A stretch of DNA of 64,000 nucleotides from Bacteroidales bacterium (GCA_009877105.1 WXFD01000024.1:8811-72810), one strand, 5' to 3'; counted from the stretch's first letter, positions 49,823 to 59,993 are shown. A program made the numbers and translations. The notes: a model not told the origin generated them from the letters alone.

Positions 49823-52468
49823 TTGTATTTTTTTAAAGAAATCCGGTTTCTTCTGGTGTTCCTGGTGATGATGCGTTGTTACCTGTCTTTTTCCCAGGAG
49901 CACGTCATTAGATCCGATTCAATCATAACTCCGCCCGACACACTGATTCCCCGTACTGTCTTTCCGAATCTCAGGCACGTCTCTCCCGACGCGATTGACA
50001 AACAGGTAAATTATACTTCCGCAGGGATCAAGAGAAATGATCTTGAAAAAAAAACGGCAACATTGATTGATCAGGCTGTTGTTACCTATGGCAATATTGA
50101 GATCAAGGCCGATTCCATTGTGTTTGATATGGTAACCAATACTGTTTTCGCCTCGGGGATAAGAGATTCGACGGGAGCGGTTCATGGCAGTCCGGTTTTC
50201 AGGGAGGGAGCGCAGGAATACCAATCCGACTCCCTGATCTATAACTTCGTTACCCGAAAAGCCATAGCCTACAATATTGTCACCAAGCAGCAGGACGGGT
50301 TGCTGCACAGCTCAATGACGAAACTGCTTGATGATGGTACTTCCAATATATCCAGGAGCACCTATTCAACATGCGACGCCGATCATCCGCATTTCTACAT
50401 CAATCTTCCGAAAGCCAAGGTATATCCGGGCAAGAAGATAATTTCCGGCCCTGGAAATCTTGTGCTTGAAGGGATACCCCTGCCCCTGGCCATACCTTTT
50501 GGCTTCTTTCCGATTCAAAAAAAAAGGGCCGCATCGGGAATCCTTATACCAAGGGTGGGGCAGGAGCAGCAGAGGGGTTATAACCTTACCGAAGGAGGCT
50601 ACTATTTTGCAATCAGCAATTACTATGATCTGGCAGTCAAGGGGAGCATATACACAAACGGAACATGGATACTGACGGCTGAATCGAATTACAATAAGCT
50701 GTATAAATACAACGGGCGGTTTTCATTCAGTTACGCCAACAATGTCTCGGGGCATAAAGGATTACCTGATTACACCAGGGTAACCAACTACAAGATAGGT
50801 TGGTCATACAATCAGAATCCCAAGGCAAGGCCCGGTTCAAGATTCTCTGCCAGCGTCAATATGAGTTCAAGCGGGTACGATAAAACCAACAGTTATTCGG
50901 TGGCGGAGCATGTATCAACGCAACGTCAGTCAAGTATCAGCTATTCAAAAGTGTGGGAAGGATCACCCTTCAATTTCTCGGCGAGCATGAATCACAGTCA
51001 GAATGTACGAAATAAGACCGTGAGCCTTAATCTCCCCAAGATCAACTTTAACATGAGCAGGATTTATCCTCTCAAGGGCAAAAGCCCTGGTCCCAAAAAA
51101 TGGTATCAGGAGCTTCAGTTTCAGTACTCTGCCGCGCTTGATAACCAGATCGGCACATATGACAGCCTGCTGTTTACGAAACATGTATGGAACAATATGC
51201 GCAGCGGGTTCAGGCACGAAGCTCCTCTGAGCCTTCAGTTGCGCCCTTTCAGGAACTTCTCGATATCTCCGCAGGTAACATACCGGGGTGTGCTATATAC
51301 CCAGAAGTATGAGAAAAGATGGGTTCCTGATTATTTCAATCCCGATCTGAACAGGAGGATGCCAATGGTTGTTACGGATACCTCACGGGGTTTTTTTTAC
51401 GGACATGCAATCAATCCTTCAATATCTGCAAGCTTCAATCCGCAGATCTACGGTACCTTCATGTTCCGGCCTGAATCGAGGGTGCAGGCTATACGACATG
51501 TTATGAAACCAGGCATTAGTTATAGCTACATTCCTGTGTTCAAGGGTCTGAGCAGCGACATGTACAGGAGCGTTCAGAGGGATACGCTCGGCCATTTTAC
51601 TGAATACTCAATATTTGGTGATAATATTTTCGGGACACCTTCACTTGGAAAGCGGAGCAGCTCAATATCCTTCAGCCTTGTGAATATTGTTGAGGCAAAG
51701 GTTTTTGCACGCAACGACACTACCGGCAAGCCTGAAAAGGTCAAGATCATTGACAATTTCAGCATAAATACCTCTTACAACATTTTTGCCGATTCGATGA
51801 AATGGTCGCCGGTAGCTATGGCAATGCGGACAACCCTTTTCAATAATCTGGGAGTGTCTGCCAATGCAAACTTTTCATTATATGGTATTAATGAGAAGGG
51901 ACAGCCCACGGCCGATTTCGCCCTGAAACAGAATCATAAGCTCATGCGTTTTACAGGATTCAATGCGAGCCTGGATTTTGATCTTGGAGAGCTCCTCAGG
52001 GGCGATAAGAAGGGCAAACAGGGTTCAACCCGCCAGCAGGCGGGCCAGAGGGGAGCGACGGCCATGGACAGGTCTCCCGGAGGCGGCAGAACCGACACCG
52101 GGGAGAGCCTGTATGACGAATGGGGTTATGCTATTTTTGACGTGCCATGGTCGATGAGGGTTCACTACAATCTGAGTTACCAGAAACCATCGCTGAAATC
52201 AATGCTCAGTCAGACCCTGTCGGTCAGCGGTAATGTTACCCTTACAAAAAAGACAGCAATTACCTACACCAGCGGATATGATCTGAAAGAAAGGAAAATA
52301 ACAATGACCAACATAGGTATTACCCGCGACCTGCATTGCTGGACCATGAGCTTTAACTGGGTGCCAAACGGTACCCTGAAGATGTGGAATTTTACGATCA
52401 GGGTCAAGTCATCTGTTCTTGCAGACCTGAAATATGAACGCCGGAAGGATTTTCACGATGAATATTGA
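49823..52468 (+). CDS. Putative LPS-assembly outer-membrane protein (Bacteroidota LptD-like)
   Basis: OstA-like N-terminus (IKADSIVFD; YSTCD..HPHF), beta-strand-rich body and RDLHCW; TTG start uncertain. Confidence 0.82.
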   Translation: MYFFKEIRFLLVFLVMMRCYLSFSQEHVIRSDSIITPPDTLIPRTVFPNLRHVSPDAIDKQVNYTSAGIKRNDLEKKTATLIDQAVVTYGNIEIKADSIVFDMVTNTVFASGIRDSTGAVHGSPVFREGAQEYQSDSLIYNFVTRKAIAYNIVTKQQDGLLHSSMTKLLDDGTSNISRSTYSTCDADHPHFYINLPKAKVYPGKKIISGPGNLVLEGIPLPLAIPFGFFPIQKKRAASGILIPRVGQEQQRGYNLTEGGYYFAISNYYDLAVKGSIYTNGTWILTAESNYNKLYKYNGRFSFSYANNVSGHKGLPDYTRVTNYKIGWSYNQNPKARPGSRFSASVNMSSSGYDKTNSYSVAEHVSTQRQSSISYSKVWEGSPFNFSASMNHSQNVRNKTVSLNLPKINFNMSRIYPLKGKSPGPKKWYQELQFQYSAALDNQIGTYDSLLFTKHVWNNMRSGFRHEAPLSLQLRPFRNFSISPQVTYRGVLYTQKYEKRWVPDYFNPDLNRRMPMVVTDTSRGFFYGHAINPSISASFNPQIYGTFMFRPESRVQAIRHVMKPGISYSYIPVFKGLSSDMYRSVQRDTLGHFTEYSIFGDNIFGTPSLGKRSSSISFSLVNIVEAKVFARNDTTGKPEKVKIIDNFSINTSYNIFADSMKWSPVAMAMRTTLFNNLGVSANANFSLYGINEKGQPTADFALKQNHKLMRFTGFNASLDFDLGELLRGDKKGKQGSTRQQAGQRGATAMDRSPGGGRTDTGESLYDEWGYAIFDVPWSMRVHYNLSYQKPSLKSMLSQTLSVSGNVTLTKKTAITYTSGYDLKERKITMTNIGITRDLHCWTMSFNWVPNGTLKMWNFTIRVKSSVLADLKYERRKDFHDEY

Positions 52469-52537
52469 AGATTCTGAAATCCAAACCTCAGGATGACTAT
52501 GAGGAGTTGTATCCGGTAACAGAATGATATTGCCTGT

Positions 52538-52984
52538 TTACTCGGCAATAATTTCAAATTCGACATCCACCTTCACATCCCTGTGAAGTTTCACCCTGGC
52601 TTTATAGGTGCCGACTTCCTTGATCTGCTCCTCAGAAAGAACAATGCTTTTCCGATCAATGTCGAAGCCTTTTTCTTTCAGGGCCTCAGCAATCTGGATA
52701 GTATTGACAGATCCGAATATTTTTCCTGTCGAGCTGGTTTTAGCTCCGACAACAAGCCTGACATCGGCCAGCCTGGTTGCCAGTTCCTGGGCAGCTGCTT
52801 TTATTTTTTCTTCCTTGTGTGCCCTCTGCTTCATATTCTCGGCATGCATTTTTTTTGCCGACGGGGTGGCGGCAATAGCAAGTCCTTTAGGAATAAGATA
52901 ATTGCTTCCGTATCCGTTCTTCACATTAACAATATCGTCCTTTTGTCCGAGCTTGTTTACATCCTGTAACAATATAATCTCCAT
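52538..52984 (-). CDS. rplI: 50S ribosomal protein L9
   Basis: VKNGYGSNYLIP and GKIFGSV. Confidence 0.97.
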   Translation of the reverse strand: MEIILLQDVNKLGQKDDIVNVKNGYGSNYLIPKGLAIAATPSAKKMHAENMKQRAHKEEKIKAAAQELATRLADVRLVVGAKTSSTGKIFGSVNTIQIAEALKEKGFDIDRKSIVLSEEQIKEVGTYKARVKLHRDVKVDVEFEIIAE

Positions 52985-52996
52985 ACTATATCCTCC

Positions 52997-53266
52997 CTAT
53001 TTTAAAAGATCAGTAACATACGGAAGCAGGGCGATGTGACGAGCCCTTTTCACGGCCTTGGCCACCTTCCTCTGGAATTTGAGGGATGTGCCGGTGATAC
53101 GTCGCGGCAGGATCTTACCCTGATCATTGAGAAACTTTTTAAGGAATTCGGGATCCTTATAATCAATATAGCGGATCCTGTTTTTCTTAAAACGGCAATA
53201 TTTCTTTTTCTTAACCTCTACCGTAGGAGGAGTCAAATATCTGATTTCCGATTCATTCTGTGCCAT
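52997..53266 (-). CDS. rpsR: 30S ribosomal protein S18
   Basis: [15 protein letters not shown] and [11 protein letters not shown]. Confidence 0.98.
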   Translation of the reverse strand: MAQNESEIRYLTPPTVEVKKKKYCRFKKNRIRYIDYKDPEFLKKFLNDQGKILPRRITGTSLKFQRKVAKAVKRARHIALLPYVTDLLK

Positions 53267-53269
53267 TTC

Positions 53270-53623
53270 TTATTCCTCATTCATTAAAACTGATTCTTTT
53301 TGTTTTCTCTTTTTTTCAGCATATTCAACTGCGTATTTCTCCATTCTGAATGTGAGAAACCGGATGATCCTTTCATCTCTTCTGTACTGGATTTCCAGTT
53401 TCTCGATCAGATCGCCGGCTCCCTTGAATTCAATGAGATAGTAAAAGCCTGTCGACTTTTTCTGAATGGGATAGGCCAGTTTCTTAAGGCCCCAGTTCTC
53501 TTCATGAACGATCTCACCTCCATTCTCGGTGATGATCTTCTTGAATTTCTGTACCGCTTCCTTCATCTGGTTTTCAGACAAAACGGGAGTTGCAATGAAA
53601 ACGGTTTCGTACTGATTCAACAT
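53270..53623 (-). CDS. rpsF: 30S ribosomal protein S6
   Basis: [16 protein letters not shown] and IIRFL. Confidence 0.97.
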   Translation of the reverse strand: MLNQYETVFIATPVLSENQMKEAVQKFKKIITENGGEIVHEENWGLKKLAYPIQKKSTGFYYLIEFKGAGDLIEKLEIQYRRDERIIRFLTFRMEKYAVEYAEKKRKQKESVLMNEE

Positions 53624-53660
53624 AGTCTTTGTTTGTAATTAATTTTATGATTTTGGCTCG

Positions 53661-53668
53661 CAAAGTTA
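53661..53668 (-). promoter_or_regulatory. -7 promoter element (TAACTTTG) for rpsF-rpsR-rplI
   Basis: Exact TAnnTTTG followed by C. Confidence 0.7.
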
Positions 53669-53795
53669 ATTTAATATTTTTTAATTAAAAAGCTTCCTGG
53701 CCCAAAAAATGGAAAAGACGAAATCGCAGATTTGCCGGCAGTTACTGCACGGAATCTAATTTCGGTCAGCCATTAGTCAGCTTTTGCTTTTTCAT

Positions 53796-53803
53796 TATAT
53801 TTG
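53796..53803 (+). promoter_or_regulatory. -7 promoter element (TATATTTG) for dnaX
   Basis: Exact TAnnTTTG, 40 nt before ATG 53844. Confidence 0.65.
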
Positions 53804-53843
53804 TAAATTACATTCAGAAATTAAGAGAGGAAGCAGGTTATTT

Positions 53844-55613
53844 ATGGAAAATTTCATTGTATCTGCGAGAAAATACCGCCCTTCAACTTTCGATATGGTT
53901 GTTGGTCAGACATCAATTACCAATACCCTGAAAAGTGCCATCAGGAACAAGCATCTGACCCAGGCCTATCTTTTTTGCGGGCCCCGGGGAGTGGGAAAAA
54001 CGACCTGTGCCAGGATCTTTGCCAAAACCATTAACTGCAGCAATATTACCAGCAATATTGAAGCCTGTGATCAGTGTGAATCGTGCCTTTCATTCAACTC
54101 AATGCGGTCATTCAATATCCATGAGCTGGATGCCGCTTCGAATAACAAGGCAGACGATATCCGGAGCCTTACCGACCAGGTAAGGATTCCCCCCCAGATA
54201 GGCAGATACAGCATCTATATTATAGATGAAGTGCATATGCTCTCCCAGTCGGCTTTCAACGCTTTTTTGAAAACCCTTGAAGAACCGCCCGCCCATGCAA
54301 TATTCATCCTGGCAACCACTGAAAAACATAAAATCATCCCGACCATTCTGTCGAGATGTCAGATTTTTGATTTCAACAGGATAAAAATTGAAGACATTGT
54401 CGGCCGGCTGATGTATGTCGCGAACAATGAAGGAATTGTTGCGGAGGAGGAAGCCCTGCATGTCATAGCCCAGAAGGCCGACGGGGCATTAAGGGACGCC
54501 CTTTCAATATTTGACCAGATAGTGAGCCTGAGCGGAAAAAAAATTACTTACAGGGATGTGCTGGAAAACCTGAATGTCCTTGATTCCGAGTATTATTTTA
54601 AAATAATTGATGCGGCCCTTCGTAGTGATATTTCATCTGTTTTGCTGACTTTCAATGAAATACTTGAAAAGGGATTTGATGCAAGTAACTTTCTGTCCGG
54701 CCTGAACAGCCATCTCCGCAATCTCCTGATAAGCCGTGATGAGGTTACATTATCCCTTCTTGAAACCACTCCGGCAATACGGCAAAGATATTCCAGGCAG
54801 ATGAAATCGTGTACGGAAGAATTTCTTTTCAAAGCACTGGATGCCGGAAGCAATGCTGATATATCGTTCAGGGCAAGCAAGAACCCTCGTTTCCATGTCG
54901 AATTGTTCCTGATCCTTTTGTGCCGGCTGAATAATGAGTCTGCGCCGGGGCTTTCCGAAAAAAAAAACTCTGATCTGATTCCGGAAGAGAGTAAAAAGGA
55001 AGATGACTTCCGGCTTCCCTCAAGATCAGAGATCATCCGGGAATCAGAAATCACTGCTCCAGGACAACCGGGAAAGCATGAAGCTGCCAGAACCATCAAC
55101 CGTATCGGGGATCCTGAACGACCTTCCAAATCGTTCTCAATAAAAGATATTATTTCTGACGGAAAAAATCAGCCGGAAAATAATGAAAAAGCAGCAGACG
55201 GTGTATCCGGTTCTCATCTGCCCGCCTCCGGGCAGACGACGGCCCCTGAACCATTTACCGTTGAAGCATTTGAAAAAGCATGGAATGACTTTATGGATGA
55301 GCTGAAAGGTGAGGGCACCAGGATAATCAGCATGTTTAAATCAATCAGGACTGAAGTTGACAATGACCACATAATCCGTCTCCATCTCGACAATGCTGCT
55401 CAGAAGGATCTTTTTGTCCAGAATTACAAGCAAAAATTGTTGAAATTCCTGTCAGACCGGTTTGATGCCGGTGATATTGATATTGAAAGCGTGGTGGACG
55501 CGTCGGAGTCAAATGAAATTCTTTATTCTGATGAACAGAAATATAATTACCTTGTTTCAAAATATCCCCAGCTTAAGGAAATAAAAAAAGCATTCAATCT
55601 TGATCTGACATAA
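53844..55613 (+). CDS. dnaX: DNA polymerase III subunit gamma/tau
   Basis: ARKYRP, GPRGVGKTT, ELDAASN, IIDEVHML, TLEEPP and SRC; start ATG 53844. Confidence 0.97.
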   Translation: MENFIVSARKYRPSTFDMVVGQTSITNTLKSAIRNKHLTQAYLFCGPRGVGKTTCARIFAKTINCSNITSNIEACDQCESCLSFNSMRSFNIHELDAASNNKADDIRSLTDQVRIPPQIGRYSIYIIDEVHMLSQSAFNAFLKTLEEPPAHAIFILATTEKHKIIPTILSRCQIFDFNRIKIEDIVGRLMYVANNEGIVAEEEALHVIAQKADGALRDALSIFDQIVSLSGKKITYRDVLENLNVLDSEYYFKIIDAALRSDISSVLLTFNEILEKGFDASNFLSGLNSHLRNLLISRDEVTLSLLETTPAIRQRYSRQMKSCTEEFLFKALDAGSNADISFRASKNPRFHVELFLILLCRLNNESAPGLSEKKNSDLIPEESKKEDDFRLPSRSEIIRESEITAPGQPGKHEAARTINRIGDPERPSKSFSIKDIISDGKNQPENNEKAADGVSGSHLPASGQTTAPEPFTVEAFEKAWNDFMDELKGEGTRIISMFKSIRTEVDNDHIIRLHLDNAAQKDLFVQNYKQKLLKFLSDRFDAGDIDIESVVDASESNEILYSDEQKYNYLVSKYPQLKEIKKAFNLDLT

Positions 55614-55692
55614 CATTTGCCCCTCATTCAATTTTCCGGCCGGTTACCCGTTTATTTACTGAGAAGTCCAAAAGAACATCAGGGTTACGGTA

Positions 55693-56460
55693 TTGGGAAA
55701 TATTAATTCAAATAAAAAAAGGACCTTTGCTGCGAACAGTCATGCCGGAAAAAGTCTCAAGCTTGATACAAATGGTATGATTGCAGGGGGGATTGTTCAT
55801 GATTTCAATAATTTACTGACCACCATTTCGGGATACGCGGATATGATACATGATGAACTCCCGGGTGGGACTGAACTATTTGAGAAAGTTCTCAGATTGC
55901 GTGCGGCTGTATCCAGGGCAAGCATGCTTTCCCGGCAGCTTCTTCAGACAGGCGACGTCAGTTCGGGTGAGAAATCTAAGGTCAGTTTAAATGAGATCCT
56001 GTTTGAAACCCTGGATCTTTTGAAGAATCAGGCAGCCGTAAATATCAGATTCAGATCTGATATTCCGGATGAACCCGTTTATGTGTATGCTGCTCAGAAC
56101 CAGCTGTTCAGGATATTTTTAAATCTTTTCACTAATGCGATCCAGTCAATGAATGACAGGGGCGGGCTTCTGCATGTCAGAGTTTCCCGGATTCCGGCGG
56201 TAAAGATCAAGCCTCCAGTAAGGATTCCTGGGATCAGTGCTTTTACTCTCATCACTGTAAGAGATACCGGATCGGGGATTGACCCGGAAGTGAGGAAACG
56301 GATCTTCGAACCTAACTTCTCAGGCCGGCATGACATATCGTCTGCAGGACTGGGCTTGTCGGTGGTACATGATATTATCCGGGATCTGGATGGGGAAATC
56401 AGGGTGGCAAGCAAAACCGGTACCGGAACAATATTCCGGATTTATCTGCCCATTCCATAA
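55693..56460 (+). CDS. Histidine kinase catalytic core (HisKA + HATPase) with no sensor domain
   Basis: AGGIVHDFNNLL H-box; NLFTNA N-box; DTGSG G1; GLGL G2. TTG start uncertain. Confidence 0.78.
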   Translation: MGNINSNKKRTFAANSHAGKSLKLDTNGMIAGGIVHDFNNLLTTISGYADMIHDELPGGTELFEKVLRLRAAVSRASMLSRQLLQTGDVSSGEKSKVSLNEILFETLDLLKNQAAVNIRFRSDIPDEPVYVYAAQNQLFRIFLNLFTNAIQSMNDRGGLLHVRVSRIPAVKIKPPVRIPGISAFTLITVRDTGSGIDPEVRKRIFEPNFSGRHDISSAGLGLSVVHDIIRDLDGEIRVASKTGTGTIFRIYLPIP

Positions 56461-56601
56461 ATCATTCCGGCAAACCGGAAAAAATCAGGAAGATTTTAAT
56501 ATTTTTGAATTATTGCTGACCTTTCGTCAGGACCGGTTTTTTAATTTGATTTTGCAGGCAGGAATGATTGTTTATGTTTTTACCCTGAATAGTATCTGCT
56601 G

Positions 56602-56985
56602 ATGTCAGTTATATTGTTAGTTGAAGATGACCTGGAGCTCCGGACCATGCTCAGGACGGCACTGACCCGTAAAGACTATACGGTTATTGAGGCCGGCAAT
56701 GGCAGGGAAGCGTTGCTTAAATTCAAGCCGGACGTAACTGATCTGGTGATTACCGACCTGATAATGCCTGATGAGGACGGATTGAAGGTTATTATGAAAA
56801 TCAGGGAAAAAAAGCCAGGGATAAAGGTAATTGCAATTTCAGGAGGAGGTAAGGCAGGACCGGGCAGCTATCTGAACCTTGCCAGTGCACTGGGTGCCGA
56901 TAAGGTTTTCTCAAAACCGTTCTCCGTTGCAGATCTGATTATTGAAATTGAGAATCTTTTGTCGGAAGCCGAACAACAATCCTAG
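56602..56985 (+). CDS. Single-domain response regulator
   Basis: VEDD, ITDLIMP, ISG and KPF receiver motifs; no output domain. Confidence 0.92.
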   Translation: MSVILLVEDDLELRTMLRTALTRKDYTVIEAGNGREALLKFKPDVTDLVITDLIMPDEDGLKVIMKIREKKPGIKVIAISGGGKAGPGSYLNLASALGADKVFSKPFSVADLIIEIENLLSEAEQQS

Positions 56986-57024
56986 TTGATCTGTTAATTA
57001 GAAACCAAATAAAACCACAGTACC

Positions 57025-57537
57025 ATGTTAAAAAAGAAAATAGAAGATATTTGCAATCGTCAGGTTGAACGGGAAGGATATTCCTCAAATCTGTATCTTG
57101 CCATGGCCAGCTGGGCTGAGACAAGTGGCTTTGCAGGCATTGCCGAGTGGCTTTATGCTCAGGCTGATGAAGAGCGGGGGCACATGATGAAGTTCATAAA
57201 ATACATTAATGAAAGGGGAGGCAAGGCAATTATCCCTGCTTTCAAAAAGCCGGAAACTGAGTATACCGGTGTGGAAGACATGTTCAAACAAGTTCTGAAA
57301 CACGAAGAATTCATTACTGCGAGCATTAATGAAATTGTTGAGCTGACACTTGCGGAGAAGGACTATAATACGAATAATTTCCTGCAATGGTTTGTTACCG
57401 AACAGGTAGAGGAGGAATCATCAGTAATGACCATCCTTGACAAACTGCGCCTGATCGGAAAGCACAACATGTATCAGTTTGACAGGGATATCATGCGTTT
57501 GAGAACTTCGGCATCTGATGAAGCCGAAACTACATGA
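57025..57537 (+). CDS. ftnA: Non-heme ferritin
   Basis: E..SSNLYLAMASW, EERGHMMKF, HE and FLQWFVTEQVEEE. Confidence 0.92.
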   Translation: MLKKKIEDICNRQVEREGYSSNLYLAMASWAETSGFAGIAEWLYAQADEERGHMMKFIKYINERGGKAIIPAFKKPETEYTGVEDMFKQVLKHEEFITASINEIVELTLAEKDYNTNNFLQWFVTEQVEEESSVMTILDKLRLIGKHNMYQFDRDIMRLRTSASDEAETT

Positions 57538-59993
57538 GACCGCACCTGTTGGCAATCTTACTGTGTTTCTTATGTCCTCCTGTTGCAAGGAGTCAGGACT
57601 TTATTTATAGCAAGCCGGTTACACGGATTTGTTATGCCGGTGACAAGGTTACTAAAAGATATGTCCCCCCGCCAAAGGAATTCTTATACAAAACCGGGGC
57701 CAAGGGGGGCGGAAAAATAAATGTTGTTTATTCCGGTTTTACCCGCGAGGCACGGGGTGCGATGGAATATGCCGTTGCAATACTGGAATCAGTGCTTCCT
57801 CCTGACCTTGATATGACTGTTAAGGCCTCCTGGCGAAAAGTTTCTTCCAGCGGGGTGCTCGGGCATGCATCAATTACTGCTTTTGCCCGCGGCTGGGGAA
57901 TAGGCGCCTATATACCAGAAGCATATTATCCGGTTGCAGTTGCAGAAAAAATAGCCGGAAGAAAGCTCAAAGAACCGTATGAGGCTGATGTTGAGCTAAT
58001 TCTTAACAGCAGTGTCAGCTGGTACTATGGTACTGATGGCAAAACACCCGCAACAAAATATGACCTGGTTACGGCGATTATCCATGAATTATGTCATGGC
58101 CTTGGATTTTTCGACAGTATGAATGTGGATAATAATATGGGGTGGTATGGCCTTGGCTCCCTTCCTGTAATTTATGATATGTTCGTGGAGAATCAGGACG
58201 GCAGGCGACTTACGGACACAATGTGGTTTGCACAAAACTCAAAGGAACTTTCAGGGGAACTTGTTGGGGGAAAGCTGTATTTTAACGGTCCGCTGACCAG
58301 AAGTGCCCTGGGCGGCAGCAGGGCAAAGCTTTACAGTCCGCCAGTCTGGGATCCTGGTTCAAGCGTTTCTCATCTCGATGAGCTGGAAACATCGGCGGAA
58401 AACGCCCTCATGACACCTTTTATCGACAAGGGTGAGGCAATTCATGACCCCGGAAAACTGACATTAGCCATACTTGGAGATTTGGGGTGGATCAACACCA
58501 GGATAATACCCCGGAAGATCATGGATACAGAAGATCACCTTACGGGGATTGATATTGTTGTACAGATAAAATCTGATACCACTTACAACAGGGATAATGT
58601 GGGACTGGTCTATTCATTCGACGGTTTCAATACCTTCGATACGTTGAATATGATCCCTTACAGGTTAACGAATTCTTTTTCCAGGACAGTTGACATACCA
58701 TATTACAATGCCAGGCTTGTCTATTATTTTTATGCAGTTGACAGCTTTTCAAGAATCTTCAGATCACCGGCTGCAGGAAAGGAGAATCCTTATAGTGTAT
58801 TTATTGGCACGGATACTGTTAAGCCCGTGATAACACATGAAAAAACAGATTATTTTTTTGAAAAAACGGATTCCATACCCTTTACAGCCGTGGTAACCGA
58901 TAATATTGGCATCGATACGGTATACATCGAATACAGGATTAACGGCGGAACAACTTTTTACTCAGGCCTGAAAGCAAGGCCGGATGATAAATACAGTAAC
59001 ACTCTCGGTTTCCCTCACGGATTTCTTAAAGGCGGCGATTCCTTAAGCTATCGCCTGGTGGCAATCGACAAGGCAGCTGGTCGCAATTCCACGATTTTGC
59101 CGCAGGCAGGCTTCTTCAATATCAGCATAGAGGCGCTTGCACCGGCCGTAAGAAATTATTCCACTGATTTTTCAGATGCATCCGATAGTTTCTTCAGTTC
59201 AGGATTTGAAATCACAACACCCCTGAATTTCAGCAGTCCGGGTCTTCACTCCGAGCATCCTTATAAAAGTCCCGACGAGGATAATGGCAGCCTCGATTTC
59301 AGCTCTGTACTGAGGCATCCCGTCATATTTGATTCGGCAGGAATGATAATAACATTCAGGGAATTGGTACTGGTCGAACCGGGAGAAGAAGGTTCCGTTT
59401 TTGGATTCTCTGATTTCTATGATTATGTGGTCGTGGAAGGTTCAAAAGATTATGGAAGGAGCTGGTTCACTCTGGCCGATGGTTACGACAGCAGGATAAA
59501 TTCGTCCTGGTTGAATGCATATAATAGCTCAACAGATGGCAATAACTCAACTTTCGTGGGTGAAGAATCGATGATGATGGAGAGAAAGATTTACACGAAA
59601 ACTAATCAAAGAATTACCGGCGGGGATTCCGTCCTGATCAGATTCAGGCTCCATGCCGATCCTTATGCCCGAGGGTGGGGATGGGCAATAGATGATCTTT
59701 CCATAGGACCGCTGCCGGTTGACGAAGAAAAACCCGAAAAATCGGAAGAATTCAGGGTCTATCCTAATCCGGGCAGCGGCCAGTTTACCCTCACTACTGA
59801 CAGCAGGATTAAAATGGATTACCCCTATGAAGTTAAAATTTTCAATATTGCGGGGAGGATTGTTTTTAGTACGAGGGTATATGAAGAGGGACCGATTCAG
59901 TTAAATCTCCCCGACAAAATACCGGGCCTGTATTTTATAGTGATAAGCAGCAACTCAGTCCATAAGACGATAAAATACTCCCTTATCCGTTAA
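57534..59993 (+). CDS. T9SS-secreted zinc metalloprotease
   Basis: Signal peptide; HELCHGLGF, SSVSHLD and LMTP; C-terminal VYPNP...GLYFI...K type-A sorting domain. Confidence 0.82.
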   Translation: MRPHLLAILLCFLCPPVARSQDFIYSKPVTRICYAGDKVTKRYVPPPKEFLYKTGAKGGGKINVVYSGFTREARGAMEYAVAILESVLPPDLDMTVKASWRKVSSSGVLGHASITAFARGWGIGAYIPEAYYPVAVAEKIAGRKLKEPYEADVELILNSSVSWYYGTDGKTPATKYDLVTAIIHELCHGLGFFDSMNVDNNMGWYGLGSLPVIYDMFVENQDGRRLTDTMWFAQNSKELSGELVGGKLYFNGPLTRSALGGSRAKLYSPPVWDPGSSVSHLDELETSAENALMTPFIDKGEAIHDPGKLTLAILGDLGWINTRIIPRKIMDTEDHLTGIDIVVQIKSDTTYNRDNVGLVYSFDGFNTFDTLNMIPYRLTNSFSRTVDIPYYNARLVYYFYAVDSFSRIFRSPAAGKENPYSVFIGTDTVKPVITHEKTDYFFEKTDSIPFTAVVTDNIGIDTVYIEYRINGGTTFYSGLKARPDDKYSNTLGFPHGFLKGGDSLSYRLVAIDKAAGRNSTILPQAGFFNISIEALAPAVRNYSTDFSDASDSFFSSGFEITTPLNFSSPGLHSEHPYKSPDEDNGSLDFSSVLRHPVIFDSAGMIITFRELVLVEPGEEGSVFGFSDFYDYVVVEGSKDYGRSWFTLADGYDSRINSSWLNAYNSSTDGNNSTFVGEESMMMERKIYTKTNQRITGGDSVLIRFRLHADPYARGWGWAIDDLSIGPLPVDEEKPEKSEEFRVYPNPGSGQFTLTTDSRIKMDYPYEVKIFNIAGRIVFSTRVYEEGPIQLNLPDKIPGLYFIVISSNSVHKTIKYSLIR

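Noticed and set aside
50046-50525. Two A9 runs in the lptD-like gene as phase-variation sites
   Set aside because: The frame is intact, the runs encode Lys-rich patches and the gene is probably essential
53669-53795. SRP RNA (ffs), which often lies upstream of dnaX
   Set aside because: The conserved SRP domain IV motif is not visible on either strand
56986-57024. Fur box upstream of ferritin
   Set aside because: Only a half-site-like TAATTAGAA, without dyad symmetry
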